Shown: positions 1-13,341 of the stretch, in pieces
Layout of the letters: each line of letters starts with the position of its first letter
How positions within the stretch are numbered: position 1 is the stretch's first letter
Translations under genes and position numbers: made by a program
The notes under the pieces: model-generated
The model's database searches: none
What the model was told of the DNA's origin: nothing
The model's input: the letters and a program-made list of their open reading frames with translations, nothing else
Assembly (NCBI RefSeq): GCF_009914755.1
Contig: NC_060940.1
DNA length: 64,000 nucleotides
DNA from: the human T2T-CHM13v2.0 reference genome, Homo sapiens
Reading direction: 5' to 3' (one strand)

Positions 1-1168
1 AAAACCAAATATCCCGCCATAACAACAAGAAAGGACCTCTCTGTGAAACCTCTTTGTGACATGTGGATTCATCTCACAGAGTTACACTTTTCTTTGGATT
101 CAGCAAGTTGGAAACACTCATTTTGTGGAATCTAGGAAGGGACATTTCGAGACTCACTGTTGCCAATGGTGTAAAACACAATAACCCACAATAAAAACTA
201 GAAAAAAGCCATCTGTGAAACAGCATTGCAATATGTGGATACATCTCACAGAATTAAACCTGTTTATTGATTCAGCAGTTGAAAACTCTTGTGTTTGTGA
301 AATCTATGAAGAAACGTTTTGGAGCCCTTCGAGGCCAATGGTAAAAAAAATGAATATTCCATGATAAAAACTAGAAAGAATGTGCTTGTGAATTTGCTTT
401 GTGATGCGTAGATCCATCTCACCGAGTTCAAACTTTCTTTCGATTCATCAGGTTGGAAACACTCTTTTTGTAGAATCTGAAATTACAGTTCTAAGCCCAT
501 TGAGGCCAATGGTGAAAAACCGAATATCTCATGATAAAAACTAAAAAGATAATATTGGTGAGACCATTTTTCTATGTGAGGATTCATCTCACAGAGTTAT
601 ACCATTCTTTTGAATCAGCAGGTTGGAAACACTTTTTTGTTGAATATTCAAAGGGACATTTCAGAGCCCATTGAGTCCAGTGGTGAAAAACCAATTATCG
701 TGATATAAAAAGAAAGAAGCTATCTGTGAAACTGATTTGCAATGCATGGATTCACCTCAAATAGTTAAACCTTTCTTTAGATTTAGCAGATTGCGAACAC
801 CCCTCATTTAGAATCTACAAAAGGACATTTCTGAGCTAATTTAGGGCAATGTTAAAAATCTGAATATCCCACATTAAAATTTAGAAAGAAGCTATCTGTG
901 AAAGCGCTTCATGATGTGTGAATTCAACTCACAGTGTTAAACTTTGTTTTGATTCAGCAGGTTGGAAACACTTGCTTTGTGAAATTTACAAAGGGACATT
1001 TCAAAGCCCATTGAGGCCAATAGTGAAAAATCCAATATCCCGAGATAAAATCTAGAAAGAAGCCATCTGTGAAACTGCTTTGGGATGTGTGGATTCATCT
1101 CACAGAGTTAAACATTTCTTTAGATTTAGCAGGTTGAAAATTTCTTTTTGGAATCTACAAAGGGACAA

Positions 1169-1773
1169 TGTTGGGATTCACTCAGCATGGTGGCAGAAAT
1201 ATTAAAGAGAAATATTAGGGAAAGTTGTAGGAAATAGTCACAAACATTTTGGAAGTCCGAAAAGTTACATAGCTTACAATAATTGAGCAGGCTGAAGGCA
1301 GCCGGTTCTTACTTTAGAGCATTAGGTAATACGTTAAATACTAGGGACAATAGAAGCTTCCCCAGTTAAATCTATTTATCCTACCTCCATTAACTAACCT
1401 TTCAGCCAGATAGCCCTCTTGAGAGGATGTCAACCAGGGATGTTGCCCCCTAATGGTATTTACTTTAGATCGTGGTACCTGAGCTTTAATCACTTGTAGA
1501 ACTACTCTCTTAACCATGTTAATGATACACAAATGTGTTGACTCAAAACTTTTGTTGTTAATTGCATATTAAATAAATGACTTGAGTGTGAGCTGCTCAG
1601 GGCTGGCCACTGTGAGAAACCTCTCTTGGTGTGCAGGTTGTCAGACACTCATCTGGACTGGCTAAACAGAATATCTGTGTGTCTTTGTACGTTTTATTCA
1701 CCTATCTTTTGAGTCAGGGTCTGTGGGAAGATCCTCACAATTAATGTTCTCAAGTGTGAAGAGCAACACCTCA
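1169..1773 (+). mobile_element. Solo LTR, LTR22 family (HERV-K22/HML-5)
   Basis: TG...CA ends. Starts TGTTGGGATTCACTCAG.ATGGTGGCAGAAATATTAAAG, matching recalled LTR22. AATAAA at ~1572. Target-site duplication (TSD) GGACAA (1163-1168) / GAACAA (1774-1779), and the alpha monomer resumes in register. Confidence 0.85.
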
Positions 1774-4700
1774 GAACAATTTGCAGCCCATTGATGCCAA
1801 TGCTGAAACACCAAATATCCCATGATAAAAGCTAGAAAGAAGTTCCCTGTGAAACCCCTTTATGATGTGTGGATTCATCTCCCAAAGTAAAACCTTTCCT
1901 TAAATTCAGCAGTTTGGAAACACTCTTTTCGTAAAATCTACAAAGACACATTTTGGAGCAAATTAAGGCCAATGGTGAAAAATTGAATATTTTATGATGA
2001 AAACTAGAAAGAAGCTATCTGTGAAACCACTTTGCAATGTGTGGATTCATTTAACACATTAAACCTTTCGTTTGATTCAGCAGGTTAGAAACACTCTTTT
2101 TGTGAAATCTGCAAAATGACATTCTGGAACCCATTGGGGCCAAGGTAAAAAATGAATATCTGGTGATAAAAAACTAGAAGGAAGGCTTTTGTGGAACCAC
2201 TTTGCAATTTGAATTCAGCTCACAGAGTTAAACCTCCTTTTGATTCAGCAGGTTGCATTTTTGTGGAATCCACTAAGGGAAACTTCAGAGCCCATTGAGG
2301 CCTATATTGAAAAAGTGAAAACCCCACAATAAAAACGAGAAAGAAGCTATCTGAGAAATGGCTTTGTGATGTTTGGATTTATCTCACAGAGTTAAGTTGT
2401 TCTTATGATTCAGCAGGTTGGAGACACATTTTTCATAAAATCTACAAAGGGATATTTCAGAGGTTGTTAATGCCAATGCTGAAACACAGAATATCTTGCA
2501 TTAAAAACTAGAAAGAAGCTATCTTTGAAACTGCTTTATGATGTATGCATTCAACTCACAGAGTTAAAACATTGTTTTGATTCAGCACGTTGGAAACATC
2601 TTTTTGTGGAATCTACGAAGAGACAAGACAGAGTCCATTGAGGTCAATGGTGAGAAACCATATATCCCATGATAAACACTAGAAAGAAGCATTTTGTGAA
2701 ACATTTTTGGGATGAGTCGATTCATCTCATAGAGTTAAACATTTATTTTGATTCAGTAGGTTGGAAACATTCTTTTTGTGGAATCTATGGAGGGACATTT
2801 TGGAGCACATTAACGCCAATGGTGAGAAACTGAATATCACCCATTAAAAATGAGAAAGAAGCAATATATGAAACCACCTTGTGAAGTGTACATTCATCTC
2901 ACAGAGTTAAATATTCCATTTGATTCAGCAGGTTAGAAGTGCTCACATTTGTGGAATCTATAAAGGGACATTTAGGAGCCCTTTGAAACAAATAGTGAAA
3001 AATCAAATATCCCGTGTTAAAAACTAGAAAGAAGGCTCTTTGAAACCTTTTTGCAATGTTTGGATTCATCTCACAGATTTAAAACTTTTTCTTTATTCAG
3101 CAAGTTTGAAATACTTTTTTGATTAAATCTACAGAGGTTCATTTCAGAGCCCACTGAGGCCAATCATGAAAAACAGAATATCCCATAATAAATACTAGAA
3201 AAAATCTTTGATAGCACTATATGATATTTGGATTCAACTCACAGACTTAAACCAGTCTTTTGATTCAGCAGGTAGAAAATATATTTTTGTGAAATCTACT
3301 AAGGGACTTTTCAGAGTCCTTCAAGGACAATGGTGAAAAAACAATTATCCCACCATAAAAACTAGGAAGAAGCTATCTGTGAAACTGCTTTGTGATGCAT
3401 GAATTCACCTCACAGAGTTAAACCTTTGTTTTGATTCAGCAGGTTGGAAACACTTCTTTAGTAGAATCTAGTAAAAGATATTTCAGAGCTCATTAAGGCC
3501 AATGGTGAAAAACACAATATTCCATGATAAAAAATAGAAAGAAGCCATATGTTAAAAAACTTTTTGAAAGTGGATTCATTTCACAAAGTTAAACCTTTGT
3601 TTTGATTCAACAGGTTGGGAAAAGATTTCTTGTGGAATCTACGAAGAAGTTTTCAGATTCCATTGATGCCAACACTGAAAAACTGAATATCTTATGATTA
3701 AAAGTAGAAAGAACCTATCTGATAAACTGTTTTGCAATGTTTGGATTCATCTCACAGAGTAAAACTGTTCTTTTGATTAGCCATGTTGGAAATACTCTGT
3801 GTGCAATCTACGAAGGGACATTTTGGAGCCTGTGAATGCCATTGCTGAAACTCTGAATATCTCTTGATAAAAATTAGAAAGAAGCTATCTGTGAAACCTC
3901 TTTGCAATGTTTGGATTTATCACACAGAGATAAACCTTTCCTTTAATTCAGCAGGTTTGAAATACTGTTTGCATTAATCCTATGAAGAAAAATTTTAGAG
4001 CCCACTGAGGCCAATGTTAGTAAATAAAGTATCCCATGATAAAAACTAAAAAGAAGCTATCTGTGATACTGCTTTGCAATGTGTGGATTCTGTTCAGAGA
4101 GTTAAACTTTTCTTTTGATTCAGCAAGTTGGATACATTCTTTTAGTAGAATCTGCAATGGGACATTTGGGAGCCCAATGAAACCTATAGTGGAAAACAGA
4201 ATATCCCCAGATAATAACTAGAACGAACCTATCTGTGAAACTGCTTTCCAGTGTGTGGATTCATCTCACATATTTAAACCTTTCTTTTGATTCAGCAGAT
4301 TGGAATCACTCTTTTTGTGGAATCTACAAAGGGACATTTCAAAGTCCATTGAGGCCAATGATGAAAAAACAAATATCACACAGTAAACCTAGAAAGAATC
4401 TCTCTGTGAAACTGCTTTGTGATGTGTGGAATTATCTTACAGAATTAAACCTTTTTATGATTCAAAACTATGGAAACACTTCTTTTGTGGAACCTAAGAA
4501 AGGAAATTTCAGAGCTCATTAAGGCCAACAGAGAAAAGCTGAACATTCTGTGATAAAAACTAGAAAGAATCTATCTGTGAAAATGCTTTGTGATGTGGGG
4601 TTTCATCTCAAAGAATTGAACATTGCTGTTGATTCAGCATATTTTTGTGGAATCTATGAATGTACATTTTGGGCCCCATTGTGGCCAATGGTGAAAAACT

Positions 4701-7700
4701 GAATATCCCGCAATAGAAACTAGAAAGAATATCTCTGTGAAACCACTATGTGTTATGTGCATTCGTCTCAGTGTTATACGTTTCTTTGCACACAGCAGGT
4801 TGGAAACACTTGTATTGTGGAATCTGCAAAGGGTCATTTCAGAGCCCATTGATGCCAATGGTGAAAAACACAATATCCTGCAATAAAAACTAGAAACAAT
4901 CCACCTGTGAAATCACTTTGATATGTGTGAATTCATCTTACAGAGTTAAATTTTTCTTTTCATTCATCACGTTGGAAACACTCTTTTTGTTGAATCTCTG
5001 ATGGGACAATTCAAATCCCATTGAGGCCAGTGGTGAGAAAATGAATACCCCACGTAAAGCACAGAAAGAAGCTATCTGTGAAACTGCTTTGTGATGTGTG
5101 GATTTATCTTAGAAAGATAAACTTTTATTTTGATTCAGAAGTTTGTAAACATTCTTTTTGTGGAATCTATGAAGGAAATTTCAAAGCCTATTTAGGACCA
5201 TGGTAACAAACAGAATATTTCTCCATAAAAACTAGAAAGAAGCCATATGTGAAATGCTTTGTGATGTGTGTATTCATGTCACAGAGTTAAACCTTTCTTT
5301 TTATTCAGTAGATTTAAAACACTCTTTTTGCGGAATCTTCAAAGGGACACTGGGGGGCCATTGAGGCCAATGATGAAAAACTGAACATCTAGCAATAAAA
5401 CTTAGAAAGAAGCTATCTGTGAAACTGCTTTGTGATGTGGGGATTCATCTCACAGAGTTAAACCTTTGTTTTTAATTTACCAGTTTGGAAAAACTTTTCT
5501 TGTGGAATCTACGAAGGTACATTTCTGAGCACATTGAAGCCAATGTTGAAAAACTGAATATCTCACAATAAAAACGAGGAAAACATTATCTTTGAAGCTG
5601 CTTTTGATGTGTGGATTTATCTCACAAAGTTAAACATTTCTTTTGATTCTGTAGGTTTGAAACCCTCATTTTTTGGTATCTAGCAAGGGATATTTTGGAG
5701 CCCATTCTGGCCAGTGGTGAAAAATATATCATGATTAAAAAAAACAAACAAACCACCTATGAAACGGATTTGTGATGTGTGGATTCATCTCAGAGAGTTA
5801 AACTTTTCCTTTGATTCACCAGGTTGGAAACACTGTCATTGTGGAATCTACAAAGGGATATTTTGGAACCCATTGAGGTCAGTGATGAAAAAATGAATAT
5901 TCTGCAATAAAAACTAGAAAAATGTTATCTGTGAAACCACTTGGTGATGTGTGGAACCACCTCACAAAGTTAAACTTTGCTTTTGATTAATCAGGTTGGA
6001 AACACACTTTTTGAGGAATGTATGAATGCACATTTTGAAGACCATTGGAGAAAGTGTTGAAAAATGAATATCTTGCAATAAAAACTAGAAAGAAGCTGTA
6101 TGTAAAATTGCTTTACCATGTAAGGATGCACTCACAGAGCAATACATTTATTTTCAATAAGCAGGTTGGAAACACTTTTGTTGTTGAATATACAAAGGGT
6201 CATTTTGGAGCCCATTGAGGCCAATAGTGATAAACCAAATATCCCATGATAAAAACCAGAAAGAAGCTGTCTGTGAAACTGCATTGTGATGTGTGGATTC
6301 ATCTCAAAGAGTTAAACCTTTCTTTTGATTCAGCTAGTTGGAAACACTCTTTGTTGAATTGATGTAGGAACTATTCGAAGTCTAATGAGACCAATGGTGA
6401 AAAGCCGTATATCACATGATAAAAACTGACAAAAGCTCTCTGTGAAACTGCTTTGTGATGTGTGGATTCACCTTACAAGTTAAATCTTTTTTTTGATTCA
6501 GCACATTGGAACCACTCTTTTTGTTGAATCTCCAATGGTATAATTCAGAGGCCATTGCAGCCACTCATGAAAAACTGAATACCCCTCATAGAAAATACAA
6601 ATAAGCTATCTGTGAGACCATTTTGTGATGTGTGGATTTATCTCACAGATGTAAACCATTATTTTTATTCAGCAGGTTGGAAACACTTTTTTTTGTGGAA
6701 TGTTCAAAGCAACATTTCAGAGCCCTTTGAGGTCAATTGTGAAAAATTGAATATCCCACAATAAAAACAAGACAGATGCCATCTGTGAAACCACTTTGCA
6801 ATGTGTGTATTTATCACACAGAGTTAAACAGTTCTTTTGATTCAGCAACTTGAAAACACCCTGTTTGTGGAATCTATTAAAAAATATTTTGGAGCCCATT
6901 GAGGCAAATGGTGAAAAATCAAAATCCTGTGAGAAAACTAGAAAGAAGTTATCTCTGGAAACTCATTGTGATGTGTAGATTCATCTTAGAGACTTAAATG
7001 TTTTTAGATTAAGCAGGATGGTAACTTTTTTTGTGAAATCTCTGAAAGGACATTTCAGAGGCCATTGACTTCAATGTTGAGAAAAAAAAATCCCACAATA
7101 AAAGCTAGAAAGAAGCTATCTGTGAAAACACTTTGTGATGTGTGGTTTCATCTCACAGAGTTGAACATTTTTGATTCAGCAGGTTGGAAACACATTTTAT
7201 GTGGTATCTAGGAGAGACCTTTTTTAGCCCATTAAAACCAATGGTGAAAAATTCATTATCCCACCAAAAAAACTAGAAAGAAGCTATGTGTAAAACAGCT
7301 TTGTGATGTGTGGATTCAGCTCACAAAGTTAAATCTTTCTTCTGATTTAGCAGGTTTGAAACCATCTTTTTGTTGAATCTATAAAGAAATATTTTGAGCC
7401 TGCTGAGGCCAATGGTGAAAAACCGAATGCCCTGCCATAAAAACTACATAGAAGCTATCTGTGGAAATGTTTTGTGATCTGTGGATTCATCTCACAGAGT
7501 TAAAGCTTTCTTTGGATTCAGGAGGTGGAAACACTCTTTTTGTGGGGAAATTTCAAAGCTCTTTGATGCCAATGGTGAAAAACTGAATATCCTGCAACAA
7601 AAACTAGAAAGAAGCTACCTGTGAAACTGCTTTGCCTTGTGTGGATTCATTTCAGAGAATTAAACCTATTTTTTTGATTCAGCAGGTTAGAAACACTTTA

Positions 7701-9738
7701 TTTGTAGAATCTGTGAAGGGACATTTTGGAGCCCACTCTGGCGTATAGTAAAAACTGAGTATCCTGTGATAAAACTAGAAAGAAGCTATTTGTGAAATTT
7801 ATTTGTGATGTGTGGATTACACTCACAAAGGTAAACTTTTCTTTTGATTCCACAAGTTGGGAATACTCTTTTTGTAAAATCTACAAAGGGACATTTCGGA
7901 GCCCTTTGAAGCCTGTAGTGAGAAACAGAACATCCCATAATAGAAACTAAAAAGAAGCTATCTGTGACACCTCTTTGCAATGTGTGGATTCATCTTACAG
8001 TGTTAAACCTTGCTTTTGATTCAGATGGTTGGAAAACCCTTTTTCTTAAAATCAACCAAGAGACATTTTGGAACCCATTGGTTCCTATAATGAAAAGCCA
8101 AATTTCTTTTGATAAAAACTACAAAGAAGCTATCTATGAAACAACTTTCTGATTTTTTGGATTCATCTCAATGAGTTTAACCTTCATTCTGATTCAGAAT
8201 TTTGGAATCCCTCATTTTGGAGAATCTACCAAAAAAAAAAAAAAAAAAAAAATTCAGAGTTCATTGAATCCTGTAGTGAAAAACCAAATATCCAGCAATT
8301 AAAAAAAAAAAAGAAAAGAAAATATCTGTGAAAACACACTGTGATGTGTCATTTCATCTCACAGAATTAAACTTTTTTTTGAATCAGTAGGTTGAAAATA
8401 CTCTTTTTGTAGAATCTATGAAGAAACATTTTAAAGCCCGCAGAGACCTATAGTGTATAGCAAAATATCCTGCTATAAAAACTAGATAGAATCTATCTAT
8501 GAAACTTCTTTGTGATGTGTGGATTCATCTTACAGAGTTAAACCACGCTTTTGATTCAGCAGGTTGGATACATTTATTTTCTAGAATCTATGAAGAGACA
8601 TTTGGGAACCCATTGAGGCCTATAGTGAAAAACCAAATATCAAGCAATAAAAACTTGAAAGAAGCTATCTGTGCAACGTCTTTCCAATGTGTAGATTCAT
8701 CTCACAGAGTTAAACCTTTCTTTTGATTTAGCAGGTTGGAAACACTCTTCTTGTAGAATCTACAAAGGGATATTCTGTAGCCCATTGTCGCCTATACTGA
8801 AAAACTGAATATCTTGAGATTAAAACTAGTAAGAAGCTGTCTGTGAAAATGCTTTGCAATGTGTGGATTTATCTCACCAGGATAAGTGTTTCTTTAGATT
8901 CTGCAAATTGGAAATATTATTATTGCACAACCTAGAAAGACAATTTTCAGAGCCCATTGAAGCCAGTGATGAAAAACCAAATATCTTGCAATAAAAACTA
9001 GAAAGAAGCTGTCTGTGCAAATGCTTCATGATGTGTGGATTAATCTCCCAGAATTAAGCCTTTCTTTTAATTCAGCAGGCTGGTCACACTCTTTCTTAGA
9101 ATCTACTAAGAAACATTTCACAGCTGTTTGAAGCCATTAGTGATAAACTGAATATCCCATGATAAAATCTAGAAAGAAACTGTCTTAGAAACAGCTTTGT
9201 GATGTGTGAATTTATCTCACAAATTTTAACGTTTGATTTGATTCAGAAGGCTGGAAACACTATTCCTGTGGAATATATGAAATGACATATCAGTTTCCAT
9301 TGAGGTCTCTAATGAAAAACCCAATTTCCTGTGATAAAAACTCAAATGAAGCAATGTGTGAAAATGCTTTGCAATGTGTGCATTTATCTCACAGAGTTAA
9401 ATCTTTCTTTTATTCAGTAGGTTGGAAACACTATTTTTATAGAATCTAAGAAGAGGGATTTCAGAGCCCATTCATGCCTATAGTAAAAAACTTAATAAAC
9501 CATGGTAAAAACTAGAAAGAAGCTATCTGTGAAAATGTTTTGCAATGTGAGGATTCTTCTCATTGGGTTAAAACTTTATTTTGATTTAACAGGTAGGAAA
9601 CACTATGAAGGGACATTTCAGAGTTCATTGAGACCAATATTGAAAAACCTAATATTCTGTAATAAAAACTAAAAAAAAAAAAAATCTGTCTGTTGAAACG
9701 TGTTGTGATATGTGGATTCATCTCACAGAGTTAAAACT

Positions 9739-9766
9739 TATGTGTGTGTGTATATATATATATATA
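9739..9766. repeat. (TG)n(TA)n microsatellite inside an alpha monomer
   Basis: TATGTGTGTGTGTATATATATATATATA replaces the usual TTCTTTTGATTC segment. Confidence 0.9.
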
Positions 9767-12700
9767 GCAGGTTGGAAACACTCTTTTGGTATTATCTACA
9801 ATAAAACATTTCTGAGCCCACTGAGATCTCTAGTGAGAAACTGAATATCCTTCAATAAAAACTAGTAAGAAGCTATGGTTGAAAATGCATTGAAATGTGT
9901 GGATTCACCTCAAAGAGTTGAAACTTTCTTTTGATTCAGCAGGTTGGAAAAACTCTATTTGTAGAATTTATGAAGAAAAATTCTGAAACCCTTTTATTCC
10001 TACAGAGAAACCAAATATCCCACAAAATAACCAGAAAGAAGCTATCTGTGAAAATGCTTCATGATGTGTGAATTCATCCCACAGAGGTAAACCTTTCTTT
10101 TGATTCAGCAGAATGGAAACATTCTTTTTGTAGAATTTACAAAGAAACATTCCACAGTCCATTTAGGCATATAGTGAAAAACAAAATATCCTGTAATAAA
10201 AACTAGAAAGAATTTATCTTTGACAACTCATTGTGAATTGAACATTCATCTCACCGGGTTCATCTTTACTTTGAATTCAGCAGGTTGGAAACACCCTTTT
10301 TGTAGTATCTACAAAAGACATTTTGGAGCTCTTTGAGGTTTATAGTGAAAAACCAAATTTCCACTATAAAAACTAGAAAGAAGACATCTTTTAAATGCTT
10401 TGTGATGTGTGGCTTTATCTCACAGGGTTAAACATTTATTTTTATTCAGCAGATTGTAACCACAGTTTGTAGAATCTACGAAGGACATTTCGGAGCCCAT
10501 TGATGCATACAGTGAGAAACAAAATATCCTGCTATAAAAACTAGAAAGAAACTGTTTATGAAAACACTTTGTGATGTGTGAATTCATGTCACAGCTTTAC
10601 AACTTTCTTTTCATTCAGCAGGTTGGAAACACTCTTTCTTTCGAATCTACCAAGGGATATTTCAAAACCCATTTAGGCATATAGTGAAAAACAAAATATC
10701 CTGCAATAAAAACTAGAAAGAATCTATCTGTGATAATGCTTTGTGAATCGAAGATTCATCTCACCGGGTTCAACTTTGTTTTTGATTTAGCAGGTTGGAA
10801 ACACTCTTTTTGAAGTATCTATGAAAAGACATTTTGGAGCTCATTGAGGACTATAATGAAAAACCAAACACTCCACAATAAAAACTAGAAAGAAGGCATC
10901 TGTTAAAATGCTTTGTGATGTGTGGATTTGTCTCACAGAGCTAAACCTTTCTTTTGATTCAGCAAGTTGGAAACACTTTTTTTGTAGAATCTAAGAAGGG
11001 ACATTTCAGAGTTCATTTAGGCATAGAGTTAAAAACCAAATATCTTGTAACAAAAACTAGAAAGAATCTATCTCTGATAATGCTTTGCGAATTGAAGATT
11101 CATCTCACTGGGTTCAATTTTATTTTTGATTTAGCAGGTTGGAAACACTGTTTTTGAAGTATCTATAAAAAGACATTTTGGAGCTCATTGAGGCCTATAA
11201 TGAAAAACCGAACACTCCACAATAAAAAGTAGAAAGAAGGCATCTGTTAAAATGCTTTGTGCTGTGTGGATTTGTCTCACATAGCTAAACCTTTCTTTTG
11301 ATTCAGCAAGTTGGAAACACTTCTTTTGTAGAATCTAAGAAGGGACATTTCAGAGTTCATTGAGGCATATAGTGAGAAACAGAATATCCTGATATACACT
11401 GGAAAGGACCTGCTTGTGAAAATGTTTTGTGATGTGTTAATTCACATCACAGAGTTAAATCTTTCTTTTTATTTAGCAAGATGGAAACCCTCTTTTTGTA
11501 GAATCTATGAAGAGACATTTTGGAGCCAATTGAGGCCTATAGTGAAAAACCGAATATCCCGCATCAAAAGCTAGAAAGAAGCTACCTATGAAAATGCTTT
11601 GCAATGTGTGGATTCATGTCACAGCTTTAAAACTTTCTTTTCTTTCAGCAGAATGGAAACACGATTTTTGTAGAATCTATGAAGGGACACTTCATAGCCT
11701 ATTGAGCCCTTAGTGAAAAAACTAATATCCCATGATAAAAACTAGAAATAAGCTATCTTTAAAATGTTTCAAAAGGTGGAGATTTATCTCACAGAGTTAA
11801 ACATTTCCTTTGACTCAGCAGGTTGGAGAAACTATTTTTGTAGAATCTATGAAAGGACATTTTGGTACGCTTTTAGGCTTGTAGTTAAAAACCGTATGTG
11901 CTTCAATAAAAATTAAAGAAGCTGTGAAAATGCTTTGCAATAGGTGAATTCTGCTCACAGTTAAATAAATTTTTCTAATTCAGCAGGATGAAAATCTTTT
12001 TATCTAAAATCAACAAAGAGACACTTCAGAGCCAATTGAGACCCATAGTGAAAAACAGAAAAGCCTGTGATAAAAACTAGAAAGAAGCTATCTGTGAAAA
12101 CACATTGTGATGTGTGGATTCATCTAGAATCTATGAAGGGACATTTCAGAACCCATTGTGGCCTATAGTGAAAAACTGAATATTCCACTATAAGAATTGT
12201 TAAGAAACTGTCTGTGAAAATGCTTTCCCATGTGTGAATTTATATCACATAGTTAAACGTTTCTTTTGACTTAGCAGGTTGGAAGCCCTGTTTTTGTAGA
12301 ATCTATGAAGGGACATTTCAAAGCCCATTGAGGACTACAGTAAAAACCTGAATAGGCCACCTTAAAAACTATAAAGAAGCTACCTGTGAAAATGCTTTGT
12401 GATGTGTGGATTCATGTCACAGCTTTACAACTTTCTTTTCATTCAGCATGTTGGAAACACTCTTTTTGTAGAAACTACAAAGGGGCATATCATAGCCCAT
12501 ATAGGCTTGTAGTGAAAAACCAAATATCCCAAGATAAAAACTGGAAAAAACCTATCTGTGAAAATGCTTTACAATGTGAGGATTTATCCCACAGAGTTAA
12601 ACATTTTCTTTGATTTGGCAGGTTGGAAAAACCCTTTTTGTAAAATCTATGAAGGGACATTTTGGAGTCCTTTTAGGCTTATAGAGCAAAATTGTATATC

Positions 12701-12774
12701 CCTTGATAAAAAATAAAACATGCTATCTGCAAAAATGCTTTCTGATGTGTGGATTCATCTCAAAGGGTCAAACT

Positions 12775-13341
12775 TGTGGGGAAAAGAAAGAGAGATCAGA
12801 TTGTTACTGTGTCTATGTAGAAAAGGAAGACATAAGAAACTCCATTTTCATCTGTACTAAGAAAAATTGTTTCCACTTTGAGATGCTGTTAACCTGTAAC
12901 TTTAGCTCCAACCCTGTGCTCACAGAAACATGTGCTGTAATGAATCAAAGTTTAATGGATTTAGGGCTGTGCAGGGTGTGCCTTGTTAACAATATGTTTG
13001 CAGGAAGTATGCTTGGTAAAATCATCACCATTCTCCATTCTCGATTAACCAGTTACAAAAGGCACTGCAGAAAACTGCAGGGACCTCTGCCCAAGAAAGC
13101 CTGGGTATTTCCCAAGGTTTCCCCCCACTGAGACAGCCTGAGAAATGGCCTCATGGGAAAGGAAAGAACTTACCATCCCCCAGCCTGACACCTGTAAATG
13201 TCTGTGCTGAGGAGGAGTAGTGAAAGAGGGAGGCCTCTTTGCAGTTGAGATAAGAGGAAGTCTTCTGTCTCCTGGTCTTCCCTGGGAATGGAATGTCTCA
13301 GTGTAAAGCTGACCATTCCCATTCATTCTATTCTGGGGTAG
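12775..13341 (+). mobile_element. 5' half of an HML-2 LTR (LTR5A/LTR5B type), 3' truncated
   Basis: Begins TGTGGGGAAAAGAAAGAGAGATCAGATTGTTACTGTGTCTATGTAGAAAAGGAAGACATAAGAAACTCC. Ends after ~570 bp with no terminal CA and no TSD. Confidence 0.93.

Noticed and set aside
12703-13131. 142-aa ORF
   Set aside because: Read-through from alpha satellite into LTR5 U3; no coding evidence.
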